Assembly: GCF_964194155.1 (NCBI RefSeq)
Contig: NW_027597837.1
Coordinates: 1-64,000 of the forward strand
DNA: 64,000 nt
Direction: 5' to 3'
Origin: Cetorhinus maximus
Lineage: Eukaryota
The notes beneath the pieces are model-generated. The model made no database searches. It worked only from the letters and a program-made list of their open reading frames with translations, and was not told the DNA's origin. Of this stretch, positions 45,601 to 54,686 are shown piece by piece. How positions within the stretch are numbered: position 1 is the first letter of the stretch; each line of letters begins with the position of its first letter. The position numbers and the translations under genes are program-made.

Positions 45601-48600
45601 AAACTTATAAGATCCTGAGGGGACTGGACAGGGTGGATGCTGAGAGGATGTTTCTCCTTGTGGGAGAGTCTAGAACGAGGGGACGCGGTTTAAAAATAAG
45701 GGGTCTACCAATTAAGACGGAGATGAGGAGAAATTTTTTCTGTCAGAGAGTCGTGAATCGTTGGAACTCTGTTCCCCGGAGAGCGGTGTAGGCGGGGTGG
45801 TTGAATATTTTTATGGCGGAGGTAGATCGATTCTCGAGTAACAAGGGAGTCAAAGGCTATCAGGGGGTCGGCGGGAATGTGGGGTCGAGGTTACAATCGG
45901 ATCAGCCGTGATCTTATTGAATGGCGGAGCAGGGGCTCGAGGGGCCGAATGGCCTCACTCCTGCTCCCAATTCGCACACTCTTTCATCCACTGAATGCTG
46001 CTTTTGTGTTTTGGACAGTACAGATGTGAACGAGTGTGAGACAGAGCAGCACCAGTGCACGGAGGACCAGATGTGCACCAATGTGTATGGCGGATTCCGA
46101 TGTGTGCCGAAGAACCAATGCCAGGAGCCCTACGTGCAGGTGTCCGACAAGTAAGAGTCGTCGTCACTGGCCACGTGCCCACGGGCGAGGGAGACCCCAG
46201 ATTTTACTCTGGCAGCGGCTGTGGGTTGGGGGGGACTCTTCATCTGTCCCCTTACCGTGAGGAAAATGACCGCTGCCGGGGCTAGTATCCCGTGAGGCCA
46301 CTCCGCCTTCAAGCGGTTTCGAGTGTGGCTGTGGACTGAGCGTCAATACTGACCCTATTCCCCATCCCCAAACCCTCAGGAGAACTGTCAGAACACCAAG
46401 GAACCAGTAGAGATCGACTCAGATTGTGGACTGACCCAATTGAAAGGTCTAACCTCTCCCCAGCGCCTCTCACCAGCTCAGGGCATCCCAAAGCTCCACA
46501 GCCAATGAAGTCCTTTTTTTAAAGCGTGGTCACTGTTGTGATGTAGGAAACAAGGCAGCCAATTTGCGCACGGCAAGATCCCACAATCGGCCCTCTGTGC
46601 TACCGACCCAGACCATCTGTTCTTTTTTTAGTTATGTTGGTTAGGGGATAAATATGGGCCCCCGGGGAGAACGGTCCCTGATCTTTTTCAATCTTTTACA
46701 TCCTGCCGAGCGGGCAAAATGATAGCTCTCACTACGCTGATTGGGGGGAGACAAACACTCCCCAAGGCAGGTACAGCACGGGGTTAGATACAGAGTAAAC
46801 CCCCCCTACACTGTCCCCATCAAACACTCCCAGGACAGGTACAGCACGGGGTTAGATACAGAGTAAAGCTCCCTCTACACTGTCCCCATCAAACACTCCC
46901 AGGACAGGTACAGCACGGGGTTAGATACAGAGTAAAGCTCCCTCTACACTGTCCCCATCAAACACTCCCAGGACAGGTACAGCATGGGGTTAGATACAGA
47001 GTAAAGCTCCCTCTACACTGTCCCCACCAAACACTCCCAGGACAGGTACAGCACGGGGTTAGATACAGAGTAAAGCTCCCTCTACACTGTCCCCATCAAA
47101 CACTCCCAGGACAGGTACAGCACGGGGTTAGATACAGAGTAAAGCTCCCTCTACACTGTCCCCATCAAACACTCCCAGGACAGGTACAGCACGGGGTTAG
47201 ATACAGAGTAAAACCCCCTCTACACTGTCCCCATCAAACACTCCCAGGGCAGGTACAGTACGGGGTTAGATACAGAGTAAAGCTCCCTCTACACTGTCCC
47301 CATCAAACACTCCCAGGGCCGGTACAGCACGGGGTTAGATGTGTTACCTGAAAGGCAGTACCTCTGACAGTGTGGCACTCCCTGAGTACTGGCACTGGGA
47401 GTGTCGGCCTGGATTTTGTGTTCAAGTCTCTGGAGTGGGGGTCTTGAACCCACAGCTTTCTGACTCGAGAGGTGAGAGTGCTACCCACTGAGCCAGTGTC
47501 ACCTCATCTCTTGAGAACACAAGAAATAGATGCAGGAATGAGTAGGCCATAGGGCTCATCAAGCTGCCTCTGCCATTAATAACATCATGGCTGCAACTCC
47601 ATTTTCCTGCCCTCTACACATATCCCTTCATTCCCTGAGAGACCAAAAATCTCTCTATCCCGCAGCCTTCAATATATTCAACAATGGAGCATCCACTACC
47701 CTCTGAAGATTTACAACCCCCGTCTCAGTCCTAAATGATCAGCCCCTTATCCTGAGACTGGGCCCCCGTGTTTTAGATTCCCCGACCAGCGGGAACAATC
47801 TCTCAGCGTCCACCTTGTCACAACCCCTTCAAGAGTTCTGCAGGTTTCAGTGAGATCCCCTCTTGTTCTTCTAAACTCCAGAGAATATAGACCCAGTTTA
47901 CTCAGCCTCTCATCGTTGGACAACTCCCCTCATCCCAGGGACTAATCTAGTGTAACCTGCGCTGTACCGCCTCCAATGCGAGTATATCCTTTCCTTAAAT
48001 ATGGAGACCAACGCTGTGCATTGTACTCCAGGTGCGGTCCCACCAAAACTGGGTTGAATTGTAGCAAGACTTCCTTATTCTTGTAATCCAGTCCGCTTGC
48101 AATAAAGGCCAACACGCCATTTACCTTCCTCATTGCTTGCCCTGCCTGCATGCTAACTTTTTGGGTTCCGTGTACAGGTACACCCAAGTCCCTCTGAATA
48201 TCAACACCACCACATTTCACGCCTTTTAAAAAATATTATTTTTCTATTCTTACGACCAAAGTGGATATCTTCACACTTCCCCATGTTATGCTCCATCTGC
48301 CATCTTGTTGCCCACTCACTTAAGGTGTCCATATCTCTTTGCAGCCTCTTTGTGTCCTCCTCACAGCTTACCTTCCCGCCTAGCTTTGTATCATCTGCAA
48401 ACGTAGATCCATTGCTCCCTGTCTCGTCTAAGTCATTAATATAGATTGTAAATAGCTGAGGCCCCAGCACTGATCCTTGCAGCACTCCATAGGCTGCCGA
48501 CTTCAAAATGTCCGATTATCCCTATTCTCTGTTTCCTGCGCGTTAACCAATCCTCTATCCACGCTAAAATATTACCCTCAACTCCATGAGCCCTTATCTT

Positions 48601-50536
48601 GTGCATTAACCTTTTTTTGTGTGGCACCTGATTGAATGCCTCTTGGAAATCCAAGGATACAACATCTACCAGTTCCCCTTTATCTACCCTACTAGTTACA
48701 TCCTCAAAAAAAAATTTGGTCAAACAGGATTTCCCTTTCTGAAACCGTGTTTAACTCGACATGTTGACCTTCTCATTCCCACAGCCGCTGCCTGTGCCAC
48801 GCCACCACTCCAGGGTGTCAGGACAAGCCGGCCTCAATTGTCTATCGCTACATGAGCATCACATCGGACAGGAGTGTTCCCTCTGACATCTTCCAAATCC
48901 AGGCCACCAGCATCTACCCCGGCGCCTACAACACCTTCCGCATCAAGGCAGGGGACGAGCAGGGAGATTTCTACATCAGGGTGAGTACATCCTGGGAATC
49001 CTCGGGAAATGGCCAAGGATGGCGGCAGCAGAGATATCGGGAACGGGCTCAAGTTTGCGGAGGCTGGAATGTGAGAGGCCAGAGAGGGGAACGTTAGAAT
49101 CGTCAAGTCTAGAGGCAAGAAAGGCAGCGAGAGCTGAGCAGAGGCAGAAGTGGAGGTTTGCAATAGGTTAAGGCTTCACCCAAACAGCGAGGGGAGGTGG
49201 TGGTTTAGTGGTATTGTCACTGGACTAGTATTCCAGACAGCCAGGGTAATCCTGTGGGGACATTAGACCTTCAAATCCCACCACGGCAGACGGTGAAATT
49301 TGAATTCAGAAGAAAAAAAAGATCTGGAATTGAAAGTCTGATGGTGACCATGAAACGATTGCTGATTGTCATAAAAAACCCCATCTGGATCACTAATGTC
49401 CCCTTTAGGGAAGGAAATCTGCCGTCCTTACCCGGTCTGGGCCTACACGTGACTCCAGACCCACAGCAAATGCAGTTGACTCTGAACAACCTTGAACAAG
49501 GGCAATAAATTCTGGCCTCAGCAGCAGTGATGCCAAATCCCCCGGATCGAATAAGAGAGAAAAAAAAATCTGGTGATGGCCAAATTCACCTGTTGGTTCG
49601 CGATGTTGGTTTAAGGATAAATTTTGGCTCCTCCAGGACACCGGAGAGAACTCTCTCCACCCCCCCACTGCTCTTCTTCCAGCAGTGGCTGCGGGATCCA
49701 CCCGAGAGGGGCAGATGGGGCCTCGTTCTGTATCACACGTGAAAGACGGCGCCTCCAACAGGGCAGGGCTCCCTCGGCGCGGGCACTGGGTGTGTCGGCT
49801 TTTTATTCTTTTGTGCTCACATCCTGGGGGAGGGGAAGAGGGGGGAGGGGAAGAGGGGGGAGGAGGGGAAGGGGAGGAGGAGGAGGGGGGAGGGGGAGGA
49901 GGAGGAGGAGGAGGGAGGGGAGGAGGAGGTGGGGGGGACTCGAGCTGGCAACCTTCTGACGGGGAGGGGGGTAACTGCGCTACCCCCAGGGAGCAGAACT
50001 TTCAAATTCAGAGCCAGGGCATTGAGGGGGGTCGGGGGTGGGGAGGTGATGTCAGGAAGCACCTCTTCAAACAGAGGGGGAGCAGAAATCTGGAACTCTC
50101 ACACCCCCCTCCCTCCCTCCCTCCCTCCGCCCCCCAAAAAAGGTTTGGGGGGCGGTCAATTGAAAAATTCAGGACTGAGAGCGATAGATTTTTTGGCTGG
50201 GGTCTAGTGGGGGGGAATTGAGGGCGAGGGGAAAGCAGGGCAGGCGGACAGAGTTAAGATAAAGATCAGCCGTGATCGAGTTGAATGGATGGGAACGGGC
50301 TCGAGGGGCTGAATGGCCTCCCATCCCTCAGCTGGAACTAATTCTCCTCTTCATTTTGTTTCTAATCTCCGTAGCAAATCAACAACATCAGTGCGATGTT
50401 GGTGTTAGCCAAGCAAGTGACGGGCCCAAAGGACTTTGTGCTGGATCTGGAGATGGTCACTGTCAACCCCGTCATGTCATACCAGTCGAGCTCCGTGCTG
50501 AGGCTGACCATATACGTGGGCTCCTACTCCTTCTAA
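33609..50536 (+). CDS. EFEMP2: EGF-containing fibulin extracellular matrix protein 2 (fibulin-4), complete CDS (1347 nt, 448 aa)
   Basis: Exons 33609-33695, 36349-36397, 38642-38887, 40981-41103, 42124-42240, 43501-43620, 44962-45081, 46024-46150, 48785-48980, 50375-50536. Signal peptide, cbEGF repeats and fibulin C-terminal module ([28 protein letters not shown]); syntenic with MUS81 and FIBP. Confidence 0.96.
33922..34655. repeat. 17-bp CpG-rich minisatellite (ggccccgggtgtctgtc), about 42 copies
   Basis: Direct repeats; artefactual ORFs 33854-34802. Confidence 0.96.
34675..35245 (+). mobile_element. DeuSINE (SacSINE1-like) with internal 33-bp tandem expansion at 34770-35195
   Basis: Head ..ccagagacttgagcac..ggctga; about 12 units gagggagcgccgcactgtcggagggtcagtgct; then gatgagacattaaa. 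Confidence 0.85.
35300..35705 (-). mobile_element. DeuSINE (SacSINE1-like)
   Basis: aatttgcacacagcaagatcccac..aaatattggccccaggacaccggggagaactcc..gggatctttta..gtttaacgtctcatc. Confidence 0.85.
36070..36195. promoter_or_regulatory. Promoter-like motif cluster in EFEMP2 intron
   Basis: Three GC boxes, inverted CCAAT pair (36146 and 36161), TCACGTGA E-box at 36172. Confidence 0.4.
36349..36397 (+). CDS. EFEMP2: EFEMP2 coding exon 2
   Basis: [16 protein letters not shown]. Confidence 0.95.
36515..37080 (-). mobile_element. CR1-like LINE fragment
   Basis: [12 protein letters not shown]; [12 protein letters not shown]; [15 protein letters not shown]. Confidence 0.8.
37298..38333. repeat. G/T-rich low-complexity tract (ggggatgggtgttggggg)n
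   Basis: About 1 kb of G runs; source of the false 605-aa Pro/His ORF. Confidence 0.95.
38642..38887 (+). CDS. EFEMP2: EFEMP2 coding exon 3
   Basis: [32 protein letters not shown]...[14 protein letters not shown]. Confidence 0.96.
39735..40120 (-). mobile_element. MetaSINE/SlmI-like SINE
   Basis: Same core and tail as 27320; B box gggttcaaatccc on the minus strand. Confidence 0.8.
40981..41103 (+). CDS. EFEMP2: EFEMP2 coding exon 4
   Basis: [41 protein letters not shown]. Confidence 0.96.
41115..41940 (+). mobile_element. CR1-clade LINE 3' portion
   Basis: [30 protein letters not shown]; terminal gggccgaatggcctactcctgctcct. Confidence 0.88.
42124..42240 (+). CDS. EFEMP2: EFEMP2 coding exon 5
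   Basis: [39 protein letters not shown]. Confidence 0.97.
42490..43410. mobile_element. Minus-strand CR1 fragment interrupted by a plus-strand CR1 3' end (~42668-42962)
   Basis: [16 protein letters not shown] and tail cctatgtcttacggtct inside reverse-orientation CR1 sequence. Confidence 0.75.
43501..43620 (+). CDS. EFEMP2: EFEMP2 coding exon 6
   Basis: [40 protein letters not shown]. Confidence 0.97.
43820..44660 (-). mobile_element. L2 LINE 3' end with 37-bp tandem expansion (~44055-44572, about 14 units)
   Basis: Unit gggagggttgtaggggctggaggaggttacagagata; minus-strand flanks read [14 protein letters not shown] and GGRAFSC. Confidence 0.88.
44962..45081 (+). CDS. EFEMP2: EFEMP2 coding exon 7
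   Basis: [40 protein letters not shown]. Confidence 0.97.
45215..45479 (-). repeat. 69-bp satellite array, about 4 units
   Basis: Reverse complement of the 9553 unit. Confidence 0.93.
45530..45973 (+). mobile_element. CR1-like LINE 3' end
   Basis: [44 protein letters not shown]. Confidence 0.9.
46024..46150 (+). CDS. EFEMP2: EFEMP2 coding exon 8
   Basis: [42 protein letters not shown]. Confidence 0.95.
46752..47340 (-). repeat. 69-bp satellite array, about 8.5 units, lying between two DeuSINE segments (46480-46715 and 47345-47495)
   Basis: Reverse complement of the 9553 unit. Confidence 0.93.
47513..48750 (-). mobile_element. CR1-clade LINE including a degenerate RT core
   Basis: LDFQEAF..VPH; [30 protein letters not shown]; frameshifted. 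Confidence 0.93.
48785..48980 (+). CDS. EFEMP2: EFEMP2 coding exon 9
   Basis: [65 protein letters not shown]. Confidence 0.97.
49190..49568 (+). mobile_element. MetaSINE/SlmI-like SINE
   Basis: A box tggtttagtgg; ccatctggatcactaatgtcccctttagggaaggaaatctgccgtccttacc; A-rich tail. Confidence 0.82.
50375..50536 (+). CDS. EFEMP2: EFEMP2 coding exon 10 (stop TAA)
   Basis: [53 protein letters not shown]. Confidence 0.97.
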   Translation, partial: QINNISAMLVLAKQVTGPKDFVLDLEMVTVNPVMSYQSSSVLRLTIYVGSYSF

Positions 50537-52824
50537 GGGCTGGATCACCCTCCGGCGTTACTGTAAAAGGAATTCTTTTTTTTTAATAAGTTAAAAGAAA
50601 AGTGGTTTGCAACAAACATACCTTACGTTCAAACAGCCCTCTGTTATCGTCCTTGTGTGTGTGTGTGTGTGCGTGTGTGTGTGTGAGAGAGACTTCCGCA
50701 AACACCAGCCAGCTTTTAAAAATCGCACCTTTAAACGCAGCCGAGACATCCCGCGGGCTGCGTTGTGGGTGAGTCGCTTCCCCGCCTGAATCCATCGTCC
50801 TGCGAACCGTTCTGGGGTCAAAATGCTCCCTCCTTCCAACGGCATCATGACCGCTCGGCATCGTGTGGCTCCTGGGCTGCCCCCTACCCACCTTGAACCG
50901 ACTCCAGACCTCCTCCAGCATCGCTCTGGCGCAGTGAACACCTGGACCCTGTTGAACCGCTCCCTGCCCTCCTTCCCCTGGCAATACCCCTTGCCCAGTA
51001 TTCTGTGCCCACTGCTGGTAGCATAGCCTCCTGTCTACCACCCCTGCTGCCCTGGCCCAATAATAACCAAACCCCCCCTCCCCCCAGCTTCACAACCACG
51101 TCGGGACTACCCGCTCCACTAAAGGGCTCCAGGGAGAGACGACATTTGGCGTGTCACAAAGTCTGGCTCATGGCGAGAGGCTGAAGTGCTTCTGGGATTG
51201 AAGTAAAGCACGTCACTCTGGTTTGCACTGATGTTTTACCTTTATTTATACATTTAGACACCATTCCAATAGCACCTCGCCCTTCATTACTGGGGCGTTG
51301 GCAGTCACTCATTAAGGCTAACATGAATCATACAAGTCTCCAGCAACACACCAAATTGGCGAAGCCTCACCTCTCCCGCAGACGGGAAAGAGCAGGCACA
51401 TGATCAGGGTACACAATCAGGGTACACGAATACTGCTAACAACCTCACGCACAGTGCTTTACACACACACACACACACACACACACGAGCTCCAACTTTG
51501 CACATGCAACAGAGACAATTCACATTCCATGAAAACGCACGAGGGGCGTAAACATCTCCGAAATTGGAGAGCGGGGGGCGGACAGCCGAACAGCCTGTCT
51601 GGCCAATCAGAGAGAGCGCCACCCCGAGCACACGACCCCTCCCTCCGACACGATACTGGACTGCAGAAAACACACAAACATTTAAACAACGCGCCCAGCG
51701 ACAATAACAGTTGAACGTACCCCACTGGACGGGACAGGACACAACAACATGAGCTACTAAACTGGCAGGTCAAAGAACCAAGACAAGGTGCCACCTCGAG
51801 AAAAATTCTTGCACGCCGTCTCCTCTCGCACCACACCCCCTCCCGCATCCCCCTCCCACTCTCCACCCCGCCTCCTGTCCCCGCTCTCCACCCCCCACCC
51901 TCCCGCCCACACTCTCCACACCCCCCTCCCGCCTACACTCTCCACCCCGCCTCCTGCCCCCACTCTCCACCCCGCCTCCTGCCCCCACTCTCCACCCAGC
52001 GAGGACATCCTGGGCTCAGTGTTACAAGCCCCCTCCAGGACCGACACCGGCCTCCTAGATTTGAAAATTAAACTCCAGACGCTCCGTGCAAAACCCAGGA
52101 AAAAAATGTTCATGGGGCGGGGTGAAGGGGGCACTTAAAATACTTTCTTCTCATTGAAGTTTATTCAGCTTTTAAAAACACAGACAACTGGCGGCGGGGG
52201 GAGGCGATGGAGCGGGGGAGTTATGGGGCGGGGGGGCGATGGGGCGGGGAGGGCGATGGGGCAGGGGGGCGATGGGGCGGGGAGGGCGATGGGGCCTATT
52301 TGAGCGACAAGAGAACATCTCGAGCTTGTCTGATTGGTCGGGAATGAAGGGGTGGTGGGGGGGGGGGTGGAGGCGGTGCCCGGTTGGGGTGGGCGGGTTG
52401 GTTGTCCTCCACTGGCGTCGAGCCCCAGAGGGTGAGGGAGCGGTGGTGGGTGGGACAATCCCAGTCCCTTCCCCCTCCTCCACCAACCATCCCAAAGTCG
52501 GAACAATCAAAATGGCCGACGCTTAAAGCAGGAATTCACCAGGTTTATCCGCCCCCCCGGCCGTAAATCCGGGATTCGCACGGGTTTGGGGAACGGAGCC
52601 CTGCACGTAGCTGTCTGCGGGACATCCCGTCCACAGCGTGTGAAACACAGCAGGTACAGCAAGGCTGCCCTCCGCCTCCCCCTCCCCGGAGAGGGGTAAC
52701 TGCCTTTCCCCCCATCCCCCAACTCTCCCTGCACCGTACGCCCCACGGAGGGAGGCACGGGCCCAATCCCCACACTGCCGGGTACCGGCGGGCGGGGCTC
52801 TTGGTTCTGCCTTCGGACGGAGGA

Positions 52825-53116
52825 GTGGCACCTCACCCCCACCCCCTGGGGCATCGTGGCACCTCACCCCCACCCCCTGGGGCATCGTGGCACCTCACCC
52901 CCACCCCCTGGGGCATCGTGGCACCTCACCCCCACCCCCTGGGGCATCGTGGCACCTCGCCCCACCCCCTGGGGCATCGTGGCACCTCGCCCCACCCCCT
53001 GGGGCATCGTGGCACCTCACCCCCACCCCCTGGGGCATCGTGGCACCTCACCCCCACCCCCTGGGGCATCATGGCACCTCACCCCCACCCCCTGGGGCAT
53101 CGTGGCACCTCACCCT
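52825..53116. repeat. 30-31-bp minisatellite (gtggcacctcacccccaccccctggggcatc), about 9.5 copies
   Basis: Direct repeats in the probable EFEMP2 3' UTR. Confidence 0.93.
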
Positions 53117-53669
53117 TGGGACCGACACAAACGGGGAGCGTACACCTTCCCGCCCAGGAGACATCGCCAGCATTTCCAACCTCGCGTCCGGAGCCGGAAA
53201 CCGCTGCGCCCTCCGAAATCGGGACAAAGTGTGGAAGAATTCTTGGCAAAGGGGATGCTCCTTGCAAAGCTCTACGTGGACCGACAGGGATTCCATGCAG
53301 ATATACACATATACACATATATATATACACAAACACACAAAAAAAACATTAATCCTACACACATTTCAGAAAAGTATCTTTGGAAAGCTTGTTGTTAGTT
53401 CATAGTGGACAAGTTATATTAGGGGGGGGAACTAAGATACGTGTAATTTCACTGCCCTAGCTGTGTTGTCCTGTATCAGACGGTCCGTTACTGTCTGCCG
53501 CCCTGCCCCACTCCTCGTCGACTGTGGGTTTTGACGCGTTGCCCGTGTTACAGTACGATCCCCATCGCTGGGGTTTGCTGGTGAGAGTGTGGCGGGGAAC
53601 ACACGGGAGTGGGGCGCGGGGCTGAATCCTGCTGGTCCCATCCTGTCGCGTTCCCCTCTTTTTTTCAAA

Positions 53670-53987
53670 AATAAAAACACAAAACTCCCCGTTCCTATCC
53701 TTTTTGGTTTTTTATGACCAGAAAAGGAGGGAGGTTGAGCGGCAGACGGCTCTCTGGGCTGCTGACAAATCCTCCTCATCCCGCGTCTGGAGGTTCAAAA
53801 GTCACACGGGGGGAGGGGGCGAGGGGACTGGTCAGAAATCCCGACAGCGGCCGGTCGATTTGTTAAGACGGGGGAGGGTGACGGACTGGAGGCGCAGGTC
53901 AGCCACCATCGAACCGGAGGGCGGGAAGGGCTGGAGAGGGCTGAATGGCCTCCTCCTGCCCCTGTAAACGACCTCTCCAAAAATAAA
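53670..53987 (+). terminator. Candidate EFEMP2 polyadenylation signals
   Basis: First plus-strand AATAAA I found after the stop is at 53670 (T-rich downstream), second at 53982. Confidence 0.5.
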
Positions 53988-54142
53988 ACTGTCAAAGCAG
54001 GACGTGCATTGATTAGAGCAGGGAAGTGACCGCGTTTGTGTAAATAACCTTTGGGAGTTTATAGCTGCTGAATAACAGGGACGAAGGAGCTTGCCTGATG
54101 GCACGTGGCCTACAGAAATATATAGTTTTTTAAAAAACCCTA

Positions 54143-54201
54143 TTTATTCGGTTTAAAATCTGGTCTGCCTCCAAAATACCATGAAGACCTTCCATTTTAT
54201 T
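54143..54201 (-). terminator. Candidate MUS81 polyadenylation signals
   Basis: TTTATT at 54196 and 54143 (AATAAA on the minus strand). Confidence 0.6.
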
Positions 54202-54619
54202 CATGATTTGTTTTCTTTTTTAAAAAAAAAACAGCCCCTTCCCGATGACGGGCTGGTAAACAGGGCAAAGGCTCAGATCCCACTAAAAAATAAAAAGCCT
54301 CACATTGTCGTGGAGTTAAGAAAGCAAAAAGTCCGTCCGAAGCTCGGGGTTTTTTTTTTCCCGGTGGGGTTGGGGGGGTGGAGGCTGCCGGTTTCCCCAA
54401 CCCGGGCCGGGAACGGCGGTGAAGCGACGCGGGAGCGGGCGGGTCCGCAGGCCCGAGGTAATCGGGCAGGCGGCTGGATTGAAGGAAAGGGGGGGGGGGC
54501 GGGGGGGGAGAGAAGGGACCCGGCCCGAGGGGCAGCGCCAGGGGCCTGTGGATGTTTCCCCCGAGCGTCCGGACTGGGCTCTCGATTCTGACCGCGGTTC
54601 ACTGGGATGTCGAGCGCAC

Positions 54620-54686
54620 TCAGCACAGAGGCCCTTCGGTGCAGTACAGCTGAGACACGGTCTTGCTGAGGGCGGGACCCAGGTTT
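54620..54686 (-). CDS. MUS81: MUS81 last coding exon
   Basis: [21 protein letters not shown]. Confidence 0.95.

Noticed and set aside
47513-48750. Intact reverse transcriptase
   Set aside because: RT motifs are split across frames with stops; a dead, 5'-truncated CR1
33609-50536. Assignment as EFEMP1 or FBLN5
   Set aside because: No RGD, short insert, EFEMP2-type motifs ([29 protein letters not shown]) and MUS81/FIBP synteny favour EFEMP2
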